IMG/VR virus record: IMGVR_UViG_3300023435_000009
DNA length: 64,000 nt
Source: a virus
Taxonomy: Duplodnaviria > Caudoviricetes
Strand: one strand, 5' to 3'
Shown here piece by piece: positions 9,778 through 18,742 of this stretch. The position numbers were made by a program, and so were the translations under genes. Position 1 is the first letter of the stretch. Every line of letters begins with the position of its first letter. Below the pieces are notes generated by a model, which worked only from the letters and a program-made list of their open reading frames with translations, searched no databases and had not been told where the DNA came from.

Positions 9778-10591
9778 GCGGAACAACACGATTGGCGAGG
9801 TCTACGACGTCGCCAAGGCCATGCTCCTGAAAGGGCAGTCCCCCGATGGTAAGCCGTGGAACGGGGGCGCTCCCCGGATTGGGATGAGCTACGTCAATCC
9901 CGCCGTGCGACCACCCAAGGAAACGGTTCACCCGAAGGATGGCAGTGTCACCTTCAGGACGACGTGGGTGTACGGGTACAACCGCTTCAGTGACGGCTAC
10001 TACTGCGACGACTTTCGACTGATCCAACGCTTCCGAACAGCCCACCCTGCGTATGACACCACGTTGGAGTCGGCTTTCTACGACATTGCCGAATCTCGGC
10101 AAGCGAAATTGACTCAGGAGATAAAAAAGTTCTTTCAGACCCAAACTTGGAAGCCTTTTAGTGATCTGAAGGGGGTCCATGGGTCCGCAGAATGGGAAAC
10201 CCCAACGTTAGTTAGCTTCCAGGGCATTGACTTCGAGACCCCTCCTGGTGGTATTCTGTCGATCCGGGACAAGCTCAAGCTCAAGGTCGTCGTCGGGGCC
10301 ACCATCAATGCAGTGCCCTTGGATGCTGTGACGGACAGGCCCTTCTCCAATATGTCGGACAGGGAACTGAACGAATGGGTCGCCTTCTATGAGGGCCAGG
10401 CTCCCGAGAACTTCTGGATGGACGGAGAGCTTCGGATGAGCCGCCTGGCTGTTTATGCAATGTACCGGAAACGGTGGCGTGCGATGAGCCCTCGTGCTCA
10501 GACCGAGTTGCTGAAGTCTTTCCAGCGGAACAAGAGGGCTTCAGGAACCACGAAGCTGGCGCAACGATACTTTCAGGCCCTAGAGGACTAA
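9770..10591 (+). CDS. hypothetical protein
   Basis: long ORF in operon; ends with a KLAQRYF motif shared with its neighbours. Confidence 0.65.
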   Translation: MSRRNNTIGEVYDVAKAMLLKGQSPDGKPWNGGAPRIGMSYVNPAVRPPKETVHPKDGSVTFRTTWVYGYNRFSDGYYCDDFRLIQRFRTAHPAYDTTLESAFYDIAESRQAKLTQEIKKFFQTQTWKPFSDLKGVHGSAEWETPTLVSFQGIDFETPPGGILSIRDKLKLKVVVGATINAVPLDAVTDRPFSNMSDRELNEWVAFYEGQAPENFWMDGELRMSRLAVYAMYRKRWRAMSPRAQTELLKSFQRNKRASGTTKLAQRYFQALED

Positions 10592-10594
10592 CCG

Positions 10595-11338
10595 ATGGAT
10601 AGGCAAGCATCTGCGAGTAAACTGGGATCTTTGCTGGGTTTTCTAAAGGCCCTCTACCAGCAGCACCAGTCAGCGCACTGGCAGGTGGTTGCTGACTATG
10701 GGGACCATCTCCTGTTCGAGCGGTTGTACGAGAACCTTCCTGACGAGATCGATACGCTGGCTGAGAAGATTGTAGCTTCCTACGGGGGCAGCCCCGTTGA
10801 CGCCATTAAGGTGACCGAAGCCGAACTGAAGTACCTCAAGAAGTGGGCGAAGGAAAAGGGTCCGGTCACACGGTCCCTGAAGGCGGAGCAGGAGTTTCAG
10901 AAGTTCCTGGACACGACCCTTCAGTCTTTGGCCACGGGTGCTCTGACCACCGGGATGGAGAGTTTCCTGGGTGATTTGGCTGACAAGCACGAAACAGCGA
11001 TCTACCTCCTCAAGCAACGCATGGCCCCCACCGCAGCGGGTCGCCTGGCATCACGTTACCTGGAGGCTGTCAGGGGCACACTGGAGGAAAGACGGCAAGC
11101 GGTCAAAGACCACGTTCGGAAGGACCGGACATGGTTCGAGTTTGAAGATGACGTTCACAACACTATCATTTTCACCACCCGAGATCATGGGGATGTGGCC
11201 GATGGAGAACCAGGGGGACGAGATCTTCGGGAGGCCCGCAGTCTCTACCGGGCGTTGCATCTGGCCTTCAACCACGTAATCAAAGGTGAAGTAGATGTGG
11301 TTGACGAGTGGGTCAGTCTCATCGTGACCATTAAATGA
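10595..11338 (+). CDS. ferritin/Dps-like protein with C-terminal extension
   Basis: HQSAHWQV...DHLLFERLYE...IDTLAEK...DLADKHETAIYLL four-helix ferroxidase-like pattern. Confidence 0.8.
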   Translation: MDRQASASKLGSLLGFLKALYQQHQSAHWQVVADYGDHLLFERLYENLPDEIDTLAEKIVASYGGSPVDAIKVTEAELKYLKKWAKEKGPVTRSLKAEQEFQKFLDTTLQSLATGALTTGMESFLGDLADKHETAIYLLKQRMAPTAAGRLASRYLEAVRGTLEERRQAVKDHVRKDRTWFEFEDDVHNTIIFTTRDHGDVADGEPGGRDLREARSLYRALHLAFNHVIKGEVDVVDEWVSLIVTIK

Positions 11339-12360
11339 ACACCTGGGACGCAAATTCCTTCGACTGGAAGGCCCTGGAAGAGATCTACTGGTGGGTCAAA
11401 GGGCACCAGGCCCACCACCATGGGATCTGGGAGTTACCCTCCGGGTCCGACCGACACGTTCTCATCGCAGCCGGTAACATCCTGCTGGGGATGGCCTTCC
11501 TTGACACCCTTCCGGGCTCTCGGAACATCCTCAACCCGATGACGCTTCCCCGTGAGTATTTCGCCACCTTCCCTTCAGGGGGTGAGGCCGAAGCCGATGA
11601 GTTCGAGACTCAGATGAAGGCCCAGGCAGCCTACCCGAAAGAAGCCGCCGAAGTGGCTACGGACACGGCCAGCTTCTACACCATTGCCCCGGAGCAACTC
11701 GCCACCGTCTTTGAGGACGGCAAATGGACGGAGCACGCCAAGGCGCTCTGGAAAGATCACAAGGGCGACACGACGGCTCACGTCCGGGCCATGGACAAGA
11801 TCATCAGGCAGCACGGTGGTGCTGTGTTCAACACCGGGGCGGACGGCGTGTGGGAGATGAAGGTCTTCGACATAGATGACAAACCAATGGCCGAATCCAG
11901 CAAGGGCTTGCACGTTGAGGAGAAGGGGATGCTTTCACGCAAAAGTAGCCATAGAATTGCACTCAGGTACTTAGGGGTGTTGTCACGAAACTCCTCCAGT
12001 AGAGGGACACGGCAAGCATCCAAACCTTGGATCGGAGTCAGTACTAATGATCCTGATCTTCCGAAGCCCCTCCGTTCATTAGCAAGTAAGATCGCCAAGG
12101 AGCTGGACAAACTAGTCAGTCTAAGCGTTCACATCCACTTCTTGCAACGAGGTCAGGCGTGGAGAGCAGATGTGGTGCTTGCAGAAAGTGGGCGTGGGTA
12201 TATAACACCCACAATAATGTTATCAGGATATAACGGTGAAAACACCGTAGATGTTTCAATTGGGGGGACTGACGTTATTGGAAGTCCCATCAGCATAGCG
12301 AAAAAGTATGCAAAGATCATGGCAAGAGAACACGGGGAGCACATCCGCAGGTACAGGTGA
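11335..12360 (+). CDS. hypothetical protein
   Basis: long ORF, 4-nt overlap with the upstream stop; contains HRIALRYL motif. Confidence 0.65.
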   Translation: MNTWDANSFDWKALEEIYWWVKGHQAHHHGIWELPSGSDRHVLIAAGNILLGMAFLDTLPGSRNILNPMTLPREYFATFPSGGEAEADEFETQMKAQAAYPKEAAEVATDTASFYTIAPEQLATVFEDGKWTEHAKALWKDHKGDTTAHVRAMDKIIRQHGGAVFNTGADGVWEMKVFDIDDKPMAESSKGLHVEEKGMLSRKSSHRIALRYLGVLSRNSSSRGTRQASKPWIGVSTNDPDLPKPLRSLASKIAKELDKLVSLSVHIHFLQRGQAWRADVVLAESGRGYITPTIMLSGYNGENTVDVSIGGTDVIGSPISIAKKYAKIMAREHGEHIRRYR

Positions 12361-12387
12361 GTACTGTGAGGTGTCTTCATCTCGGGG

Positions 12388-13889
12388 AGAAGGGGTACTT
12401 GACAGTATCCGACTTACTTGCTAGAGATTAATTATTCCTGCTTGAATCAGGAAGCAGAGGTTAGCAAATGAAGTGTCGCATCTTCCGACTTCACAAGGAT
12501 ACCAATCAGTCCAAGATCGATAAGTTGGAAGCCCTACACAAAGCATACGTCAAGTACGTCCGCATTTGCGTACAAACGATGCTTGACCAGCAGGTCTATA
12601 ATCTCCCGAAAGCCGCCAAACAAACGTTCTTCCCACGGGCCACCAACCTTACGTCCCAAATCGAAAAGATCGCACGAGACCACGCTATCCAAATTGTGAG
12701 CGCTTGGGCCAAAGCCACTTACGCCCGCAAGTTGAAACCGACTATCACCAACCTCAAGCACGAGGGTACCCTCACCGAACAGGACGCCAAAGCACTCTGT
12801 GTCATCGGATTAAAAGCCATCAGTAAGCCCTGGAAGTTTATCACCCAAGACCATCTCGACGCCTACCACACCCTGTTGGACACCTACGGAGGTAATAAGC
12901 CTATCGTAAGGGACAACCTGCCCATGCGGTTGTCGGAGATGACGGCTCGGTTGGAGGACGCATCTAAAGCCCCTCTCGGGGACTTCTGGTTGAGGGTGTC
13001 TTCGTTAGAAGCTCGTAAGTCCGTCTGGTTGCCTCTCGTTGGGAATCTTTACATTCAACAAGCTGATCAGGTCAGCAAAGGGATCTCAGCCCGCAAAACC
13101 AAGCGAGGCTTTTGGCGCTTTGAGGCGGTCAGTAAGGCTGAATGGGTTGTTCCCGAAGCACAGGAAGGTTGGCCTAAGTTGGGCGTTGACGTTGGTCTGA
13201 ACGTCCTTGCAGCTACATCAGATGGAGTGATTTACGGTGAACACGTCAAACCTAAGTTCGACAAACTCTACGCTCGTGTCAGAAATCTTCGAGCAAATCG
13301 CCAACGGCAGGATTTGAAGGATAACAGCCCAAAGTTGGATCACCTTGAGAGCAAATTGAGTGGGTTGATCAAGACAGAGACGGGTCGTGTGGTAAACACC
13401 CTTATCGTTCGTCATCCCGAGACGGTGTTCGTGGTCGAAGATCTCGATCTTCGAGGTTGTAGGGGTCAAAAAAGGTTTGCTTACAGGGCGTTACAGATCA
13501 ACTTGGAAAGGAAAGCTCCAACAAAGAAAGTGAACCCTGCTTACACGTCGCAGGAGTGTCCTTCTTGTGGTTATGTTCATCGAGGAAACCGAAGTTCAAT
13601 AAGGTTCCGTTGCCGCTCGTGCGGCAGGAAAGCTCATGCTGATTGGGTAGGAAGCGCTGGTGTGCTCAGACGTTCTGGAGACGAACACATCAAAGCTAAT
13701 GATCACCCACGAGGCGTAAAACGAGTGCTAAGAGAGCGATTCCGTATTAAGCGGACCAGTTCCTTGGGATTCGGACGGCAAGAGCAACCGTCATCCGAGC
13801 CCTTACCGTTGGGCCGGGAGCTTACTACCGAGGCACTTGGGTTACCAAGGATCGGCACAGCCTCAAACTTGATGCCTGTTACATTCTAG
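12388..13889 (+). mobile_element. TnpB-only element, family B full-length copy
   Basis: 5' region (AGAAGGGGTACTTGACAGTA...ACTTACT...TTCCTGCTTGAA.CAGGA) and tnpB 3' region are shared with the remnant at 63771-64000; ends approximate. Confidence 0.7.
12468..13889 (+). CDS. tnpB: RNA-guided endonuclease TnpB (family B)
   Basis: LGVDVGLN, VVEDL, CPSCG..CRSCG, HADWVG RuvC/Zn motifs. Confidence 0.9.
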   Translation: MKCRIFRLHKDTNQSKIDKLEALHKAYVKYVRICVQTMLDQQVYNLPKAAKQTFFPRATNLTSQIEKIARDHAIQIVSAWAKATYARKLKPTITNLKHEGTLTEQDAKALCVIGLKAISKPWKFITQDHLDAYHTLLDTYGGNKPIVRDNLPMRLSEMTARLEDASKAPLGDFWLRVSSLEARKSVWLPLVGNLYIQQADQVSKGISARKTKRGFWRFEAVSKAEWVVPEAQEGWPKLGVDVGLNVLAATSDGVIYGEHVKPKFDKLYARVRNLRANRQRQDLKDNSPKLDHLESKLSGLIKTETGRVVNTLIVRHPETVFVVEDLDLRGCRGQKRFAYRALQINLERKAPTKKVNPAYTSQECPSCGYVHRGNRSSIRFRCRSCGRKAHADWVGSAGVLRRSGDEHIKANDHPRGVKRVLRERFRIKRTSSLGFGRQEQPSSEPLPLGRELTTEALGLPRIGTASNLMPVTF

Positions 13890-14176
13890 CAGGTTTTAAG
13901 GAATGGTACCGTAGTGACCTCCCGAAGGGGGGGCCAGCGATGTCGGAGAGTACAAATACGACGAGATGGTGGGCGAAGAAATCAGTCGCTTCCGTAAGAA
14001 GCTGGACCCATTGTTGAAGTCCTACCGGAAGCACATCAAAGAGGTCCAGTTCGGGGGCGAAGAAAAGTCCTGGATTCACGCCTACATCGAACTCAAATAG
14101 CCTCTCCTCGGTAGAACGCCTATCTGACATCCCACAGCATTGACTCCCACAGCGAAAGTGGGCAAAGGAGAAAGAC

Positions 14177-14524
14177 ATGAAAAGGATTCTGATTGCACTG
14201 TTGACACTGATCTTGGCGGCAGCATTCGTCTTGTCCTGTAACACCACGGAAGAGAATGCCGAGGACGTGACTGTTGCCGAGGACACCCTGGCAGACCTCA
14301 TCGAGGGCGACGTGCCCCTGACGGACGGAACCGTCGAGACTGTCGCAGCCCTGGACACCGTCCCCACCGAAGACACCCTTCTGGAAGAGATGCCCACCCC
14401 GGTGGACGTGATCCAGGACGAGCACACCCCAATGGACGCCGTTGGGGATGCGCCTCCGATGTACGACAACCTGGAGGAAACGCACACCCCGGTGGACGTA
14501 CTCCCCGAGGTCGCATCCAACTAG
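14177..14524 (+). CDS. acidic lipoprotein
   Basis: signal peptide with lipobox VLSC; Asp/Glu/Pro-rich low-complexity mature part. Confidence 0.7.
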   Translation: MKRILIALLTLILAAAFVLSCNTTEENAEDVTVAEDTLADLIEGDVPLTDGTVETVAALDTVPTEDTLLEEMPTPVDVIQDEHTPMDAVGDAPPMYDNLEETHTPVDVLPEVASN

Positions 14525-15205
14525 CCCACCAGTTTGTCCAACTCACCCCTCAGATACTTCACGGCTGAGATACGTTTCCCCAGTCGATGATCTGTGACCT
14601 GATCCCTCTGGAGAGCGATAGTTCGTACCTTGTCGGACATCATGCCTCTCCCCACCTGAGCTTTCCGTTGCTGGTTACGTTGGTCCAACTGAGAGGATGC
14701 CTCTGCCTCCTGTAATCGGGCAGACAGGATTGCCTTCGCCGTTTGTAAATTCCGGTACTGTGATCGTTCGTTCTCTACTCGGACAACCAGACCCGTGGGT
14801 TTGTGTGTGAGGATTACTGCAGACGAGGTTTTATTCCGATGTTGGCCTCCAGGACCTGAGCCACGGGTCGCCTGCCACTCCAGGTCTCGCTCGTTCAGTT
14901 TGACGGTCTGCTCGTCCACGAGAGAGAGTATAGCGATAGTAACTGTTGACGTGTGTGTCCTGCCCCGTTTCTCCGTGGGGGGTACCCGCTGCCATCTCAT
15001 ACCACCGGCTTCATGCCGAAAAGCCCTTACAGCCCCCTTCCCGACCGCCTGGAAGGCAAGGAAACCGGGACGGTCCTCCAGCAACACCACGTCAAAGGGA
15101 CCTCCTCTGTGCCCATCGCACATAAACACCGTACTGTTCATGAACCAATAAGGAGGCATCCCGACCTCCCTCACCTGCTCTTATTTCTATTATGACAGTT
15201 TCCAT
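14521..15205 (-). CDS. class-1 peptide chain release factor-like protein (domains II-IV), expressed via +1 programmed frameshift; about 227 aa
   Basis: Frame 0 from ATG 15205 (GAAGGAG RBS): METVIIEIRAGEGGRDASLLVHEQYGVYVRWAQRRSL-stop. The +1 frame continues DVVLLEDRPG...RWQRVPPTEKRGRTHTS...GSGPGGQHRNKT. Confidence 0.9.
15091..15106 (-). promoter_or_regulatory. RF2-type +1 programmed ribosomal frameshift cassette
   Basis: AGGAGG-TCC-CTT-TGA-C: internal SD 3 nt upstream of CUU-UGA-C, the prfB architecture. Confidence 0.9.
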
Positions 15206-16320
15206 TAGTTTGACTCCTTCTCTAGCCCTAGTCGTCGGCAGGCCCACCCAGCCCATGCCGGGGTCATTTGAAAATGTTCCGCAATGCGTTTTTGTGTCCA
15301 GCCTTGCCCCCTCAGTTGACGGAGTTCCTTTTCGACTTGATCAATTTTTGCGGGAGCTTTACCCCTCACCTGAAGCTTGTATCGGAAGCAATCAGGACAA
15401 AAAGGTTCCGTTAGGGCCACCAGTTCCAGTCGGTGTTTTCGTTGGCTTAGGACCAGTCTAGGATTCCCTCTGTGGCTCTGCACACGAGGAGACCAACCAT
15501 AAAGTAGCCGCAGTCTAGAGGCTAGAAACTCGACATCCTCCCAGGTGAAACCGTCCGTGCAAAAGGCTACCCCATACCCTGTATTAATCAGCCCACCATC
15601 ACCCCAGTACCAATGCGCTAACGCTCGGGGGGTTAGCCGGATGTCCAGAGGAATAATTTTTTTACCCTTTGGGTACCAACGGAGGCGCTGGTCCGTAAAT
15701 GTTTTGTATTTCAGTGTCCTTAACTGTAAACTCGGGTTACCTCGGAGAACCTGTTTCCCAATGTGACCGATTCTTGCCGGACGTGGTTTTATGTTGCTTT
15801 TAACACCCCCGGCCCTAAGTTCCCTTTGAACCTGTTCAAGCCATTCCTTTCGGTCTGCTCTTTGTGCTAGTCCCAGACGACCCTCACTGCCACCTGTTTT
15901 TTCCAACCAGGCGTCACCAAGAAGTAAACCATCGATTAATTCAAGGGACTCCTCTGTGGTAGGGAAGGTCTTGTGACAAATCAGAGTATGTGCCTCCTGT
16001 ACCCCCCGTAGAGGAACACCAGCCCGCTCTAAACGGATACGCACCCAGTTGCGACTGAAACCCGTTGCCTTCGCTAACTCAGAGACAGAACGTCCTGACA
16101 GATACTCAGCGGGAAGGCTTTCCGTTGTTTTTGCATCTCGTTTGCCTTGAGCGATTGTTGCAGCCTCACTGTGGGTGCGGAAAGAAACATCTGCTTTAGC
16201 CAACCGTCGATGAATCACAGGTGCTGAAACACCTAGTGCCTTAGCAATGTGCAACTCCAGTTCCCCCGCTTGGTACCGACGAACAATGTCTGCGTCATCC
16301 AACGTGAGTCTTTTGGGCAT
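15205..16320 (-). CDS. LAGLIDADG homing endonuclease with N- and C-terminal HTH-like segments
   Basis: LIDGLLLGDAWL and ALAHWYWGDGGL motifs; GAGGAGG RBS before ATG 16320; TAATG overlap with the release-factor gene. Confidence 0.85.
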   Translation of the reverse strand: MPKRLTLDDADIVRRYQAGELELHIAKALGVSAPVIHRRLAKADVSFRTHSEAATIAQGKRDAKTTESLPAEYLSGRSVSELAKATGFSRNWVRIRLERAGVPLRGVQEAHTLICHKTFPTTEESLELIDGLLLGDAWLEKTGGSEGRLGLAQRADRKEWLEQVQRELRAGGVKSNIKPRPARIGHIGKQVLRGNPSLQLRTLKYKTFTDQRLRWYPKGKKIIPLDIRLTPRALAHWYWGDGGLINTGYGVAFCTDGFTWEDVEFLASRLRLLYGWSPRVQSHRGNPRLVLSQRKHRLELVALTEPFCPDCFRYKLQVRGKAPAKIDQVEKELRQLRGQGWTQKRIAEHFQMTPAWAGWACRRLGLEKESN

Positions 16321-16376
16321 AACGTCCTCCTCTGACAGCCCCACTCTACACGACGATCTCTGACCGGCAAGGACTT

Positions 16377-16685
16377 TCACACCCACTTGTTCCGGGGGAC
16401 AAAGATCAGGGTGACGCTGTCGTCCTCCCAATCCACACCCTGGCATCGTGCCCATGTCCTAAACTCTCGTGTTTCTCGTCGCCACCGATAGATCCGGTCA
16501 CGGCACCCGATGTCACAGATGCCCCGGCTCATACGAGGACGACCGAAAGTGCGCTTGCGGCAGTGGCAGGCTAACGATGGGGTCTTGGCGTACCGATGTG
16601 GCTCCACATCCTCGGGAGCGCTGTAGATTTCAAGACGTGAACGGATGACATTTGCTGTCCTCTGGCGGCGGGTTCCACGGTCCAT
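16377..16685 (-). CDS. hypothetical protein
   Basis: GGAGGA RBS, co-oriented. Confidence 0.5.
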   Translation of the reverse strand: MDRGTRRQRTANVIRSRLEIYSAPEDVEPHRYAKTPSLACHCRKRTFGRPRMSRGICDIGCRDRIYRWRRETREFRTWARCQGVDWEDDSVTLIFVPRNKWV

Positions 16686-16778
16686 AGCATCCTCCTCCAG
16701 CGGGCGTCACCCGCTCGGATATGAAGGCACTATCGATGTGGTTCCTCGTGTCCATTGCTGAAGGATACCTCTGTCGTG

Positions 16779-17003
16779 TCAGGCTTGTCCAGTCGTTTTC
16801 GACTTAGGACAGGTCCATCGGCCATGGGCGTCCTTGGTCAGGGTCTTCGCTCTGCGGGCGTTGAACAGGACCGCTCCCGTGGAGCGCTTGTTGGTGTAGC
16901 CCACGCTGGCGCACAGGGACACGACCTGCTTCCCGAGGATCGGTCCGTGGTGTGCAACGATACGCTGAACGAGTTCGAGTGGTGTTTTGTGTTCCATTTT
17001 CAC
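16779..17003 (-). CDS. small hypothetical protein
   Basis: overlaps the stop of the upstream HA gene; co-oriented. Confidence 0.5.
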   Translation of the reverse strand: MKMEHKTPLELVQRIVAHHGPILGKQVVSLCASVGYTNKRSTGAVLFNARRAKTLTKDAHGRWTCPKSKTTGQA

Positions 17004-17335
17004 TCCTTGGTGTCCCAGGTGAATCCGAGAGCGTTCAACTGGGCGATCCTTTCCGGGGTCATCCTGACCTTGTGCTGCCCCTCCTGGACCGTTCCGACAC
17101 GGCTTCCCAGCTTGTAGCCGTCCGGGCTGACGTAGTTGTGGGGCACGGCACAGTGGCCGTGCGCCCGCTTGAACGCCGTCAGGTGGGAAAGGAAGTTGGG
17201 GAGCCAGGGCTTCTCGGATGTCCTGTTCGTCCTCCCAAGGCGTTGCACCACACAGTGACCGTGTGCCTTTCGGTAGGCCGTCAGGCGACTCAGGAACTCG
17301 GGGAACCAGGGCGTCTCAGGTGTCTTGTTCTTCAT
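17000..17335 (-). CDS. helicase-associated (HA) repeat protein (1 partial + 1 full repeat)
   Basis: WFPEFLSRLTAYRKAHGHC...PDGYKLGSRV...LNALGFTWD. Confidence 0.8.
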   Translation of the reverse strand: MKNKTPETPWFPEFLSRLTAYRKAHGHCVVQRLGRTNRTSEKPWLPNFLSHLTAFKRAHGHCAVPHNYVSPDGYKLGSRVGTVQEGQHKVRMTPERIAQLNALGFTWDTKE

Positions 17336-17358
17336 GTTCGTCCTCCTTGTACTGGAGA

Positions 17359-17386
17359 CTACTCAGGGGTGGGCTTGGATGATCCC
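17359..17386 (-). promoter_or_regulatory. conserved bipartite motif (putative phage promoter)
   Basis: GGGATCATCC-N12-GAGTAG; its TAG is the stop of ORF 17359-18078. Confidence 0.8.
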
Positions 17387-18078
17387 CTGAGACTCCAGAC
17401 AAAACCCAGAGCGTCCAGTTCGGTGACCATTTCGGGAGTCACCTTGACCTGACCCCCACCATTACGGGATGAACGAATACTGTTTGTTCGAACACCGAGT
17501 TGGTAGCCATCGGGGCATTTGTAGGATTGCGCCGGAGAATAGTCCCCGAATTTGGCATGGTACTCCTTCAGCCTCTTCAGGAATTGGGGAAACCACTCGT
17601 TCCCATTCCAGACGAACCCAAGAAGGTCCAGCGCCGCTATCATCTCTGAGGTAGGGCTTACACGTTTCTTGTCCTTTTTTCTTGTCCGGACATCAGATAC
17701 CCTCATCCCAAGGGCGTAACCATCGGGACATTTGTAGGACTTTGGGACACGGCAGTGCCCGTGGGTCTTTTTGTACTCCTTCATGTGGGACAGGAATTCA
17801 GGGAACCATTCGCACACAACCCAAACGAACTTCAGGGCATCAAGTTCAGCGATCATTTCGGGAAGGTGTCTGGACTTGTTATGCCGGACACTACTTACAC
17901 GGGCACCCAACCTGTACCCGTCGTCACACAGGTAGGACTGCGGCACTCGGCAATGTCCATGACATTTCTGATAGGCTTTGATTTCCCCCAGGAACACATC
18001 GAACCACGCTGGCCAAGGTTTTATCCGCCCAAGCTCAGTGAGGCGTTTACGGAATTTGTTGCTGTTACTCCTGCCCAC
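17359..18078 (-). CDS. HA-repeat protein (3 repeats)
   Basis: W-F..FL..LK.Y...HGHC.VP.SY.C.DGY.LG...LD.LGFVW repeats. Confidence 0.85.
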   Translation of the reverse strand: MGRSNSNKFRKRLTELGRIKPWPAWFDVFLGEIKAYQKCHGHCRVPQSYLCDDGYRLGARVSSVRHNKSRHLPEMIAELDALKFVWVVCEWFPEFLSHMKEYKKTHGHCRVPKSYKCPDGYALGMRVSDVRTRKKDKKRVSPTSEMIAALDLLGFVWNGNEWFPQFLKRLKEYHAKFGDYSPAQSYKCPDGYQLGVRTNSIRSSRNGGGQVKVTPEMVTELDALGFVWSLRGSSKPTPE

Positions 18079-18088
18079 GGACGACCTC

Positions 18089-18742
18089 CTACCAGCCGTA
18101 GGAAAGGCGGAGGAGTTGCATCGGAATGACTCGGCTGCGGTACGTAGTGAACGCTTGCTTCGGCACCTGGACGCCGCAGTGTTTGTGGACGATGGCCTCG
18201 AACTGCCGCTTCGCCTTTTCCAAGGGAGCGCTGGCGTTGCCCCGGAGGGCTAGGTTGATGACCAGGAGGAATTGTCCCAGGCGCTGCTGTTGGGACTGGG
18301 CAAAGGCGAACATCGGAAGGAGGATGCTCTCCAGGTGGAGGTTGCTGGGACTGCGAAACCCGTCGAACACGAGGACGCCGATGTTGCGGAGGGTCGGGTC
18401 GTCCAGGTCCAGGAGGAGCCGGGACATGTCGCCGCAACGCCACTCGGTGCGGTCGTCGTTGTAGTGGGTGGCGTTGCGGTCAAGGATCCCCTGGTTGGTG
18501 TTGACGCCGATGTATCGGCCATGGTCGGGGGCAAGGACGCCTTCGTCCAGGAGGAGGCCACAGGTAGCGTCAGGGGCATCACCGCACAACTCCATCCAGT
18601 CCCTGGTCAGGTGCCCGTCGTAGAAGAGGTTCGTGGGGCACTCTGGGTCACGGAGGAGGTCGAGGGTCGTGGTCCTGGTCTTGTGCTTCTCCGGGTGTTG
18701 TTCAGGGGGGAAGGAATGGATGTCAGCCTGCGGGGTGGTCAT
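18089..18742 (-). CDS. hypothetical protein, possible degenerate methyltransferase fold
   Basis: GC-rich ORF inside the HA array; YIGVNT...WRCGDM pattern weakly MTase-like. Confidence 0.5.
   Translation of the reverse strand: MTTPQADIHSFPPEQHPEKHKTRTTTLDLLRDPECPTNLFYDGHLTRDWMELCGDAPDATCGLLLDEGVLAPDHGRYIGVNTNQGILDRNATHYNDDRTEWRCGDMSRLLLDLDDPTLRNIGVLVFDGFRSPSNLHLESILLPMFAFAQSQQQRLGQFLLVINLALRGNASAPLEKAKRQFEAIVHKHCGVQVPKQAFTTYRSRVIPMQLLRLSYGW

Noticed and set aside
13890-14100. Possible gene remnant right of the family-B TnpB (GFKEWYRSDLPKGG / DVGEYKYDEMVGEE...)
   Set aside because: Needs a frame change in a G7 run and has no recognisable homology, so it cannot be supported without comparison
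14521-15205. Calling the release factor prfH, prfB or arfB
   Set aside because: It has PPT in an RF1-like RWQRVPPTE..GR.HTS context rather than SPF or the PrfH-type motif, it has domain II (unlike ArfB) and it lacks domain I; no gene symbol assigned
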